Numbered from the stretch's first letter, positions 49,901 through 61,418 are shown. The stretch is 64,000 nucleotides of DNA from Amoebophrya sp. A120 (GCA_905178155.1 CAJINV010000005.1:4009556-4073555), one strand, 5' to 3'. The notes: generated from the sequence alone by a model not told the origin. Made by a program: numbers and translations.

Positions 49901-52900
49901 CGCCCTCACGTACTACCCAGGGAGAAACCCAGATAATGATAAAGGAAAAATGATGTATCTAGCACGTATCAGCCGCCTTCCTGATTTAGATTCCTTCGGA
50001 ACAAAGAAAACGAGTCTGCGTTCTCTTTTGCAATGCACAAAGAGTTAAGTCGATTTGTGAAATTTGAATTTCGCAATGCAATAGACACTTCTCCTGGGAC
50101 CACGAGGGCTTTGGCACTTCTACACGACAGTGTGATAGTCTTCCCGCTTGAATCGCTGCACCGCCTTGAAGAATTTTGCGGTGTCATCGTGGTTCATGGA
50201 CTTGACCCCCAGACTCATCACCGGTTCGGGGACATGCATTTTGGCACAGAGCAGCTGGGTTTTCGCGGTGTCCGTGAAGGTGGTCCCGGAGCTGCAGTCC
50301 AAACCGGGCACCGCCACGATGTCCCCCGGCAGGGCGGAGTCCACCTCCCGGTACTCCAAGGAGTGCATGCGAACCAGCTTCTTGACCTGCTTTGTCTTCT
50401 TCGCGTGGTGGTCGTACACGGACATCGCCTATGCATTGCAAATATGTCTGGGTCTGGGAGATTGCGAGATTTGTCATGCTAGTCTGGCATGACTCTAAAT
50501 TGTGTATTGCGTGCCAACGAAGAGGCCCCCTTGTCTGTCATGCAAAAACGCAGTTTCTCATGCGGAGTACGCAACTCTGAACCACGGAAAAACTTGTCAT
50601 GCTGGGGAGCGCATTACAGCGTGCTTAATGCCCCAGACATATTTGCAATGCATATCCCCTTCTTCAGCTTTCCCTGGTACACCCGCACGTAGGTCAAAAC
50701 ACCGGCGGTGGGGTGGTCCTGGATCTTGAACCCGTAGCACACCAGCGGGTGCTATCAAATGTAAAAGTGTCTGGGTGGTCTGGAAGGTTGGAACTTGTGA
50801 TGCTAACTTTGGACTCTAAAAAAATCTGCAACGCATGATCAGCAAGAGGAGTCTAGTTTGTGCTACGCGGGGAGGGCGTTTGTCATGCGGAGTAGGCATC
50901 AGGAAGCCCTCTAAAAATCTGTGATGCTAGGTCGTGCATTACAGACATCCTGCTCCTGGGTCATGCAAAACATGCATAACAAGTCTCAGAATCTTCCAGA
51001 CCCAGACATTTTTGCATTTGATAGGTGCTTCTCCGGCTCCGTGGTGTGCAACCGCACGGTCGGTGTCAAATTGGCCGCGGAGGAGGTGGCAGCTCCGGCG
51101 CTGCTGGAAGTAGAACTAGAAGACGAAGAAAAAGCGATGGGTATCCTGCGTGCAAATGGGGCCCGCACCCGCAATCATCCATTTTTCGAGCAAAGATGGG
51201 ACAAGGAGCACCACTGCGCATTGACAATTCAACAACTTCAAGAGAAATTGACGCTGCAGTTTCGAAGCCATAAGTACTTGTTCGAAGTCAGCGGGGCAGC
51301 TGCATCACTAGGTGGTGGCCCCTTTGTATTTAACCTTCACCTTGTGGTCTCCTATGGGAAAGGAGCTGGTCAGATGAATCATGCACACTTACTAATTCTA
51401 GGCATGTTCGCAGGAGCACAAGTGTCAACATTCAACTCACGAACGGCAGGGCCCTTTTTTACTATTTTACAGGGGCTACTGGCTTTGTTCTCCCGATCCA
51501 AGGGACTTGGGAGGTAGAGTGCCACACCGTCGAGCAATTCCTGGACGCCGCGGTTCTTGTACGCGGAGCCCATAAACAACGGGCAGAACTGCCGGCTCAG
51601 GGTATACTCTCGGATTTTTTCCTGCAGTTCCCCTGCAGAGAAGGCGTCCGCGCCCTCCTCCAGGTACTTTAAGGCCACGTCGTCGTCGAGGTCTGCGAGC
51701 GTTTCCACTAATTCGGTCCGCACTTCTTGCGCCCTCTTCTTGAGTTCCGCGTCCGCACTTTGTATATGAGAGTGCACCGCTTTCTATTCTCTACTCCCGA
51801 CCACGTCTAAGCTTAGTTAATACTAAACTTATGATATGATCATGCAAGTATGGTACACTTCATCCAGCTGCTGTATTTTTCTTGCACCAGTTTTCTGGAC
51901 AAGTACCGGTTGCAGAGACAGAGAGAATCCAAAGTAGATCAACATAGCACTCTCGTCGGTGTCAGTTTGTCACACGCTCATCTTCTCCTCGTCCAAATGA
52001 ACAAGGGGAGAGCGCAGAGGACGAGCTGTGCACGGTGATACAGTTCGAGGTCCTGGTAGACGACCTTCTGTCCCTGGTCTCCTTCGAAAAGCACGATGCG
52101 GTTTTCGATGACGTCCACCACCCCGGCAAACTTGTCCTCCTCCCCGTAGGGAAGCTGGACGGCGGCGGTGGTGAGCCCCAGCTTGGCGCGGATCTGCCGC
52201 TGCACGAAGAAGGGGTCTGCGCCGAACCGGTCCATCTTGTTGATGAAAATCAGCCGCGGCACCTCGTAACGCGCCATCTGCCGGTGGACGGTCAGCGTCT
52301 GCGCCTGCACGCCCCCCACCGCGCAGCAAATCATCACGGCCCCGTCCAGTACCCGCAGCGCCCGCTCCACCTCAATGGTGAAGTCGACGTGGCCGGGCGT
52401 GTCGATGATGTTAAACTCGTGGTCGTTTTTCCAGCTGCAAAACGTGGCGGCCGAGCAGATGGTGATCCCCTTCTCCCGCTCGAGCGCCATGTGGTCCATT
52501 TTCGCCCCAACGCCCGTCTTATCAAATGTAAAAATATCTGGGTCTGGAAGATTGCCAGATTTGTCATGCAGTTTTTTCATGATCCAGGAAGCCTGGAATG
52601 CAGGACCTAGCATGACAGATTCTGATTCTGTGCGATCTCTCTAATGCCTACTTATCCTGCATGAGAAACTGCCTCTCGATTAGGTCAAAAATGTACAACT
52701 TTTGGCAAGCATGCAACACAGTTTTTTGCCTGCTTCGGATTTAGCGTGACAAGTTGCATGCTTCCAGACCCAGACATTTTTGCATTTGATACGTCTTCCC
52801 GCGGACATCGTGGATCTCCTTGATCTTCCCCGTGTAGTAGAGAATGCGCTCCGTAAGCGTGGTCTTTCCGCTATCAATGTGTATCAAGTGTAAAAGTGTC

Positions 52901-53718
52901 TGGGTCTGGAAGAATGCAACTTGTCATGCTGATTTTGGATTCTAAAAAAATCTGTATTGCATGAGTACCAAAAGGAATGTAATTTTTGCTACGCGGAGAG
53001 GGCATTTGTCATGCGGAATAGGCATCAAGAAGCTCTGAAAAAATCTGTGATGCTAGGGCATGCATCACAGACATCAGGGCTCATGCAAAACGTGCATGAC
53101 AAGTGTCAGAATGTTCCAGACCCAGACATTTTTACAGTTGATAATGTGAGCCGAAATACCAAAGTTACGCAACTTCCCAACGCGAAGGTCGTTGATGTTG
53201 ATGTCCGGCTGCTGGGCCGCGAAGGTGTTTGATATTTTTACCACGTTGCCGCCGTCTGCGGACGATCCCAACGCTGAAGCCGGTTCCGCAGCAGCTGCAC
53301 ATGCGGAACTGGCAGAGGAAAACAAGGCCCTGCTATCGAACAAGATGGACCTTGATGAACTCACGGACACGGACGGCGTGCAACAGCTCCCGAACAAGGG
53401 CCTGGTAGGCCTGTAACTACACTGGCTATTGAGGCAAAGTGTGCTGGGTCCTCGTGCAGCTCCACGAGAGGACGAACAACCCCGTTCATCGGCGCTGTAT
53501 CCTCGTCCGCGTGATGCGCTTGACAGGGTCGAAGACGAACGGAGAAATATTGAATCTTCGCTTGCACATGCCGACGGCGCCGAAGCCCCCGAGTGATTTC
53601 TGACATAAAATATTCGACCAGGAGGATGCGGCGGCCGCAGCGGACGATGTTCCCTTGTACTTGCGGAAAAAAGCGAACCACTGGTCCGTGCACGCGCGTG
53701 CTGATGAGATGATCGCAT
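46956..53718 (-). CDS. GFM1: Mitochondrial elongation factor G1, ~14 introns
   Basis: Motifs [10 protein letters not shown]|[75 protein letters not shown]|[54 protein letters not shown]; long presequence. Confidence 0.96.
47063..47407. mobile_element. Old IR introner
   Basis: IR tatgcccgggaaaatcgttgtac vs tacggcagtggaaaaacccgttgtac; flanks diverged; removal restores FREY|VAMPTHEQ. Confidence 0.72.
47565..47767. mobile_element. IR introner, family I
   Basis: TIR tat(c/t)ca(g/a)gaaaaaaacaccatc(a/g)caatca; TSD ggttg. Confidence 0.92.
48387..48636. mobile_element. Old, degenerate introner
   Basis: TA ends with a weak IR; flanks diverged; removal restores GNDV|[12 protein letters not shown]. 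Confidence 0.65.
48823..49130. mobile_element. IR introner, family E
   Basis: Family E TIR; TSD cccga. Confidence 0.92.
49175..49435. mobile_element. IR introner, family A (A2)
   Basis: Family A TIR; TSD ttcga. Confidence 0.9.
49556..49872. mobile_element. IR introner, family D (TIR resembles family C)
   Basis: TIR tattacagt(t/g)aaaaa(c/t)gcccccacccc; TSD aaggt/aaagt. Confidence 0.9.
50430..50654. mobile_element. IR introner, family A (A2), with a deletion in one TIR
   Basis: TIR tatgcattgcaaatatgtctggg; TSD tcgcc/tcccc; reverse orientation of 4551-4806. Confidence 0.9.
50753..51023. mobile_element. IR introner, family A
   Basis: Family A TIR; TSD ggtgc. Confidence 0.93.
51142..51478. mobile_element. 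Old, degenerate introner
   Basis: TA ends with a weak IR; sense flanks GCCAG/CCCAT; removing 342 nt keeps the frame. Confidence 0.65.
51765..52040. mobile_element. Old, degenerate introner
   Basis: IR tatgagagtgcac vs tatcaccgtgcac; sense flanks AACTG/TACAA; removing 281 nt restores the frame. Confidence 0.7.
52520..52791. mobile_element. IR introner, family A
   Basis: Family A TIR; TSD cgtct. Confidence 0.93.
52882..53143. mobile_element. IR introner, family A, inserted in the EF-G P-loop
   Basis: Family A TIR; TSD atgtg; splits AHI|DSGKTT. Confidence 0.94.
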
Positions 53719-56051
53719 CTTCACAAAGAACCGATAAAAGACCTGCGAGCACCCAAGACGCCGAGCCCAAAACCGATTCGATCTTCTTCTTCACTGAGAC
53801 GAGAAGCCCAAATAAACCGATCCGCTCATCACAAAGAACCGACTCGAGTACTGAGCCGCCGAGCGCAAAAAGTAGACCATGGCACACAGGACAGACTGAC
53901 TATATCACAAACGAATGATTTGTGAACAATAGCAATAGGCGAAAACCACGCCGAGTCGAACAACCGTGCCCGGCACTCACACGAAAATGGGCAAGGATCT
54001 TGAGGAGGAACCAGTGCAACAACAAAAAAAAAGCGCCTTCAAAAGATTTATCATGTGATGTGCTCGCTTTTGATCGAGCGAGTTACTGTCCGCGCATTGT
54101 GTAATTTCTGTGGATAAAAAATCCGTCGGATGGAAAGACGAAGAAAAAAAACACACCAAAAGCAGGAAAAGCCACAGGTGCTGGTCGAGCTTCGCGGTGG
54201 ATTCATGGTGTCCTTTATTCGTTGTTAAATCATTCAGGGAGGGCCAAAAGAAAGTTCCTACGCTCTGGAATTTGTTGCTTTGCATTTGACGATCACTTTC
54301 CTTCTGATGAGCTAACTTTGGTTCTTTTACTCGGGCTCGGGCATACATACGAACAACTCATAAAAAGTACAATTACAATGCTTACATACATCAATGCTCA
54401 TATCTCGTACGGTGGATTTCGGTGTTTCGGACACAACGACTTCCTAAGCACATCAATGCTCATATGAAGAGTACTCGAGCGGCGGAGCGTCCTCGCATAT
54501 CATATTTACTTCCACATTTTACGCACTATGCATGTATCGCAAAGCACAATCAATAAGAAAGCGAATAAAGTAGAAGTACAAATAAATTGAACGTTGTAGA
54601 TACACAGCAGGAGCACTAGCTCTAGTTAATTTTGGTGCAAGAGAAAAACTACAACACTACATCGATTTCGATTGCGTCAAAGAACGGACAACTTCTTGAA
54701 ACGCCTCGTTGCACAGAGTCTTAACTACTGCAGATGTAGCCGTGTCTTCCTAATATCGTATTTACAATCTTGTACGCAGTTACTTTATCCCGTTCCCGAG
54801 AAATCTTCTATCTTGATCTTTGGCTTTTCGTTTTCAACTGACTAGGGTAGGAGGTGTACAGAAGCAGTGGAGTGGACGAAGTGACTAGAGCTCTTCGCTC
54901 TACCACCTCCCTCTCTATGCCTATAGATAGATTTAGATATTTTCGCTTCAGTGCATGCGAATGTAAGGATACCCTACAGCCGCATCCAGCAGATTTCATC
55001 TTTGTCGCATAGCGATCGAGAATACCGATTTGTATGAATACCGATCGGAATCGGTATCAAGCAGCTTCTTTGGAGGCAAGACTCATACTGCTATGACGCA
55101 GCAGAAACATATATACTTAATTACAGTTCGGAAAGCGATGCAACAACCACAAAAAAGATAAGATATTAGGATGGCTCGGTCTATTAAACGCAGTAGAAAT
55201 TTTTATCAATATTTTCAAATATGATGTACATGTTGTAAATCTTTAATTTACAACTTCAGCAATACAGTTAGACTTGCAGACTCATTATGCGCCAAAAGAT
55301 TCATCATCATCGCCATCTAGCACGTTTGTCGTGCAGGTGCAGCTGCGCCTTGATTCCAACCGTGCGGAAAGAGCTACATTCGTAATTATACCTTCATCTT
55401 GACTCCTATCTTGTTTCCGAAAAGACGGGACAGAAGAGTCGCGCGCATTCATTTATTGGAAGATATATCGACCCTTTTCTTTCTGAAGACGTACAAATAT
55501 GATAGATTGATAAGTACTTTATTTTTGCTCCTTTCGCATTGTGCTACGCTAGGAAAATAAAGAGCTAGTCAGAACTTCAGAGCGAGTCTGTTTTTTTTTC
55601 CAAGTTCACAGAGAAGAAAGCTAAAAACTTTCGAAGTATGAAGAGACCGGCAATTATGTCGAGCCGCGGTCAGCACGGGCGAGCTAGGTTCAAGTAATAG
55701 TAACTTCGGAACTTCTCCTTCTGGAGGTCGGGCATAAATACTAAACGGCAGAAACAAAAAGTTGCACGGGATTTCAAAATTTTCTATAAGTTTTGTTCGG
55801 TTAAAAAGTTAAAGTTGTGCCAGCCTGCCGCTTTCACAACTGATGTCCTTACAAACGGAGTGGATGGCCTGGTCCTCCCCCCTTGTGCTGGTCACCGACA
55901 ACACCAGACTCCATTGTTCTTGTTCTTGTGTGAATGATCGTAGTCTTGGCCGGATTTAATTTGTTCGTGTTCCTTGAGTTCATCTACTTTTACTTCCCGT
56001 GACAGAGTCCTCAGCACTGTGAGGGACCCACGGATCATGCTGCCGGAGAGA

Positions 56052-59000
56052 TCAAGTGGAGCTGCTAGACGCGCCAAAGCTACTACTAGTGGTCGTCGTG
56101 GTCGGCTCCGCTCGGCTTGGAAACTCTTCGAGTACGAGTGGCGGGCACTTCGCAGACTTAACGGGTACGAAGTATCTCGAATCCGCAAATTTCTGGACGT
56201 GGAGACCCACGTTCGTACGAAGTTTTTCGTAGCGTTGCAAGCAGGCCTGCTGCGCGTCCGCCGCCGAGGCGCGGAGGACCTTGTTACTCGTCGTGCCGGC
56301 AGTAGTAGACATCAAGACGGTGTCCTCGATCCGGTCCTGTAACTGGTAGAAGGCCAGCACATTTCGCGTCAACTCCCGGGGGGCGTAACTTGGATCCTCG
56401 AACAAACCGGCCACGCTCATATCTCCGCGCGCGAGTGGGTCGTCGGCGACGAGCTCCTCCTCGACGACAAAGATGTTTTCGGCCCGCACTGGACGCTGGT
56501 GCTGTAGTGCAATATCGCGCCGATCGTCCTCACCGTCTGGCGCTGGCGCAGCGGCACCTGCAGGAGTGCTGTCGTCCTCCTGCTCCAATATAGCAGCACA
56601 AATGGCGGAATCCTCTTTCCACGTCAGAAGTTTCTCGCCCCGGGCCGCGTTGCTTCCTCGCGTCAGAATGTGAGTCTGGATTACGAGATTTTCCGGTACT
56701 TGCGTTGACGCTCGAGTTGTAGGGGGTCCACCTCGCGCAGTTCCTCGCGCAGCTCCTGCACTTGGATAAAAATCTAGTTGTTCTTGAGGGACACGGCATG
56801 GGCTACAACAGATGTCCTCCTCGGCTGCGTCCTTACATTTCGAGGCAGCAGCGCAACGCGCCGCACTATCGACCATTAGGCCGAACCCGCACGGGGTCGA
56901 TTGGTCCTTGATCCTGGCTGCGGAAGCGCCGTGCAGCAAAGCCGAGTTGATGTCCTGTTTCTCAAGGAAGTCATTTATGGAGGAGCAGGATGCAGTTCCC
57001 TCGTCCACACACGGGGTTTGCGCACCGCCGGCGGGAGTTGATGTCCCGGTAGAGGTGGTCGGGGCGTCGTGAGACGGGCGCCGCTTGATTGGTGGCATCG
57101 AACAAGAAGATGCAGCAGTAAGACTTGGTGTTGGTCCGGATCTGGAAAGAACTGCAGACGCTGCCTGGTGCTGCAGTTGTGCTTGGGTAGTTGTGCTACT
57201 ACCGCCCGCCCACAGGGGCCGCTGCAGACTCAGAGAGCCAAAGCTCGGAAGAGAGCCGGAACTTTCTGCGTGCGCGGGCGCCCAGCAGCCGGAAGAGGAA
57301 GCAGCAGAACCCGTACTGCAGCCGCTCATCCGCCGCTCAGCCAAGTTTAGCACCGTACCGTCGTGCGCGGATATCGATTTGCTGGAACCCGTTCTCGACG
57401 GTCGCCTCGTGGGTGCGCGGCAATCGTGTGAGATCATTTCACCTACGCGAGCATCACACTTGTGCTCGGACGACCCTGCGCGGATCTTCATGTTCGTCTT
57501 GCCTGGTCCGGCTCGCAGGGTGCGGTCCTTTGAGGTCTTCCTGCTGACGGGACCTCCGGGGAGTCCTGCTCCAGCAGCACGCTTTTGCTCGTCGGCGAGC
57601 TGGCACCAGTTGCGGAGGCTCCGTGCTTTTGTTCCGCTGGTGGCACTATCATCGACCACCAGCGCCGCGAGGAGCCTGGCGCTTGACGTGTGCACAGTCT
57701 CCTCTTCGATCCTTCCCGACAGGGAGCTCCCGTAGTCACGACGGGTCACTCGAATCACTATCATCGCATCCTCATCCTCTGTGCGGGCAGCAGGGGTCGT
57801 GATACTAGTATTTCCAGACGCCGAGTTCCGAGAGGATGAGCCAGCACCTCGCCTCGGGCGCCCGCGCGATTTCGCCCGAGGCGCGACAGACGCAGTAGAT
57901 GAGGCAGTAGTTGGGAGAGGCAGCAGCCGCGCACTGTAGGAGTATCGCTTACTTACTGCCGGCGCCCCTTTTCCTCGACGAGCGCCGCCGGGCTCCTCGC
58001 GCTCGCTGTCGTCCTCCAGGTCCATGTTCGCGAACGCAAACATGACATCGAGGTCAAGCTGGGACGCTGCCTTGTCCGAAACGGCCGAGTTCGTCATCCG
58101 ACTGGATAAGGTGTCGTCGGAAGCCGCTGGACTGCCGTCCTGCTGTGCGTCCCACAGCCCCGCATCGTCCGCGGAAGTTTGTCTGCTGGCGAGCGTGCAC
58201 CGATGGTGTGGCGACGTCTGGTTTTTCGAACTACCTGAGGAGGGGAAAGAAAACGCCATCAAATGTTGAGTCAGCCTCTACTTCCGCCCGACGAGTCGCA
58301 CTACTCGATGCGGGGGCACCAGTGGAGATGGGCGTGCGCTGCAGCTGCTGCTCGCCTTGAATACTAGAAAGCCGCGTCGCGGTAAGTGCAGTGCACGGGA
58401 GAACGCGTGCGCGGTTGCCTCTACTGGTAGACTCGAGTCGCCGTTGTGGTGAGGAACGTCGGGGCTTGCTCGTTATAGCCGGAAGCCGCAGGGCATCAGG
58501 CACGGCATGAGAGACCGCGGCAACGCCAGCTGCAATCGCCCGGCTCACTAGAGATTTTTTCCTCTTTTTACTACCTGTGCGCCCCGTTGCCGTCGCGGCA
58601 CCAGAGTGGTCCGCAATTGTTCTAGTTTGAAGGAAGGGGGCCGGGGCGCCAACGCCGGAGGAAGTTTCGCTGTCGAACTCAAAAATACCTCCTTGCCCGT
58701 GCGCTGCAGGAAGTTGTAGAGAATTCAGCTCGAGGAGGTCCTTCTGGGATTGCACGAATGCGTGGAAAGTATGCGGCGGCGTGTCGTCACCTACCACAGT
58801 ATCGTCTCCCCGCAGCTTTGCCGTCTCGTCTTCTTCGTCCGTGGGCTGATCACTAGGCTGTTCTGGTTGATGATACGAAGTGTAATGCTGTGCGCCTTCC
58901 AGAATTGCATTTTGCGCTGCGCTCATGGTCCTTGCCGCACCAGGTAGGTTCATGGCCTGAGCTGCATGATCTCCCAGAGAAGCGATCCCTTCGCGTGAAG

Positions 59001-59280
59001 ACGGCCGTACAATCTGATGATACCTCCAGACAAAGAGATTGCGCAGCTTATACCCGCCGAGGTCGGACCTCCACGTGTCGACGTCTGCTGCTACAGAACT
59101 CGACGACATTTCCTCGCTCATCGCTGGTAGTTCAAGGAACCCATCGATCGAGCAGTTCACCCGCGTTGCAACTCCCACAGCATTCAGATTGCCTTGGCAC
59201 GACCCACTTTCCGAAGACCTAGAAATGGAATTGAAATGAGATAGTGCAGATGAAATTTGGTTGTCCTCTTCTTGGCACAA
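56052..59280 (-). CDS. Hypothetical S/A/T-rich protein; two ORFs probably joined by a short intron near 58240-58310
   Basis: Overlapping 349-aa and 736-aa ORFs, with a pyrimidine tract plus CAG acceptor (ttttctttcccctcctcag) at the overlap. Ends uncertain. Confidence 0.55.
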
Positions 59281-59372
59281 CGAAACTCTTCTTGCGCAAT
59301 CAGGATACAGAAGGATATTAGCAGAGGACGAACATTGTTTGAGTATTTAACGTATACGAAGACTATACAAGA

Positions 59373-60398
59373 TCACAAGCGAGTAAGTAAAAATGAACAA
59401 AAAACAGATGTATACTGGCGTAAGCTCTCCTGCGACGAGGTTCTGCTTGTGCTTTGCGGTGTGGCTTCGCTACTTCCAGCCGAGGCTGTACTGCTTCTGC
59501 GCGCAGCCTGATGCTCTCGCTCGGCTTCTGTGGGCCTGTCGCCTCCGTATTTGTGGAAGCCGTAGTAGTGTGTATCCCAGCCATTTCCGGACAGATGCAG
59601 CCTAACTATATCCGGACTGGCTTCCGCGGCAGCATGGTCGACTGCTCTGGCTTCTCGATTGTTCGCTTGTAGAGACCTCCGAAGCGCCTGGCCTACGATG
59701 CGATCACTGTGCGGATAACCCACATGAAAGCCGTGAGGATGCCGGACCACAGGGACAGGCTTGAATGGTCTTCTGGAAGCAGTTGGAGTGGTGGTTATCT
59801 GGCCATACGGCCTGGGGGCTAGGAGTTGCGACCGCGGGATAGGCACCCCCCCGCCTTGTTGGACCAGTTGGCCATCACCAACGAAGCCGGCAAGCGACCC
59901 GTCCTGTAAAACTCGCAGTGTAGTCGGGAACCGCTTTTGCTCTTCGAGTTGAGCCTGGAGTCCTCTCACCAACTTGGACGGTCGGTAGGGCTTCATCCGT
60001 TGCTGGCCGTCCGCAATGGCAGCGTTGTTCCTTGCTGCGTCTTGGTGCGCCTGTTCTGTCACATGCGCGTCCAGCACGAATTCCACGCCTGTATTGCTTT
60101 GCGATAGCTTGGATCCATAGCGATAATCTTCCTTTAACCGGTAAAACTGCACGCTCGAACGCTCCTCCGGTGATTCCACCATATTATGGGGAAGATTTGC
60201 TTGTGGCGGGTGAAATATGCGGACGCTCGCTCTCCGCCGACTCAGTGACCATTCAATCTCGATCGGAACTACGCGCTCCAGAAACTGGCGCAGCGTAGAG
60301 GTAGCATCTTGTTGTCCTTCTGCAGCGCCCGCAGACGACCTGTCCACTACTGCACAAAAGAGCAGCAGCAGCAGTTTTTGTGCAAAACGAGCAGTCAT
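59373..60398 (-). CDS. Hypothetical secreted protein
   Basis: Signal-peptide-like start MTARFAQKLLLLLFCAVVDRSSA; ~340-codon ORF. Confidence 0.55.
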   Translation of the reverse strand: MTARFAQKLLLLLFCAVVDRSSAGAAEGQQDATSTLRQFLERVVPIEIEWSLSRRRASVRIFHPPQANLPHNMVESPEERSSVQFYRLKEDYRYGSKLSQSNTGVEFVLDAHVTEQAHQDAARNNAAIADGQQRMKPYRPSKLVRGLQAQLEEQKRFPTTLRVLQDGSLAGFVGDGQLVQQGGGVPIPRSQLLAPRPYGQITTTPTASRRPFKPVPVVRHPHGFHVGYPHSDRIVGQALRRSLQANNREARAVDHAAAEASPDIVRLHLSGNGWDTHYYGFHKYGGDRPTEAEREHQAARRSSTASAGSSEATPQSTSRTSSQESLRQYTSVFCSFLLTRL

Positions 60399-61418
60399 TT
60401 TGTAAGCAATTTGCCTCAATACTTTGTAGTTTTCCCGGCACACTAAAATTATCCAGTGTTCGTGCGCTTTCGCTATTAGCAGTGTGCTTGTATTTCTGTG
60501 TCTTAATGGTTCAAACTCAGAGCTCTAGACTTGAATGCACCGGTATATATAAATCATGTTACAGTTAATTAGTGACGGACAGAGGATAGCTCTTAATTGC
60601 AATTGGTTTACTTATTCATCACATTACAATACGTATGTCAATCTTTTCTTTTTCTGGCCATCAAAACGACCTGGGAAAAAAGATTTAAGTGTTCCATTAC
60701 AATTGGTAATCTCAACGTCGTGGTACAAAGAAATTGAAATAGATCCTCTGAAGATGAAGAATAAAAGCTTCCGCGGCCATAAGGACGTGGGCTGGATCTG
60801 TTTGTTCGATTTTTTTCACTGGATCTCTTGCTTTTTGGGCCTGCGCTTTTTCTGATCCGATTTGGTTTTGGAATTCCTTGTCATGTATTAAAGAGGTTCT
60901 AGACAAAGCTGAGAAGATGAGCCTTGATGATTTCGCGTCCCTGTGCTGTGATGAACAAACATTTCGTCTCGTTTTAACTCGCGTCACATAGGGCGGCGCG
61001 AGACTCTGCTACCGCTGTCGTTCTGGATTCGCTGCAGTTCGCCTGTGGGGTGGGTAGACTGTAGACTATAAATTTTGCCGCTTCGTTTCAGGAAGCCGAT
61101 AGCAAAACCCAATCCTACTCGAAAAATTAATTTTGGATCATCATGTTCATATTTTACTCGACGGAGTGAACAAGTCGAAGTACACATTCAGGTGTGGCAC
61201 AAGCAGCATGCGTTTTCGCCGTCTCTTGCTTGCCTCTTCGTGCTTCTTATGTCACGGGGCGATTTTTGGTGCGGTGCGAGGATTGTGCCGCAACTTATTC
61301 GACCACAAAACTTCCTCACTGTTGCTTGTCGCTTGAGTCGCTTTGAATATCATGCTAATAAATACAAATGTTTCGCTCTTCTACTGCCAATGAAATACAC
61401 ATACGAGGGTTACAAGTC

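Noticed and set aside
1113-53143. Group I/II or tRNA-type self-splicing introns
   Set aside because: The elements are short, have TIRs and TSDs, and show no group II GUGYG/domain V or group I core. A DNA-transposon origin fits better.
46956-53718. Fragmented EF-G, GPI and PolA as pseudogenes or IS-disrupted bacterial genes
   Set aside because: Every break is repaired exactly by removing element plus 5 bp, the exons have no stops, catalytic motifs are intact, and ordinary GT-AG introns coexist.
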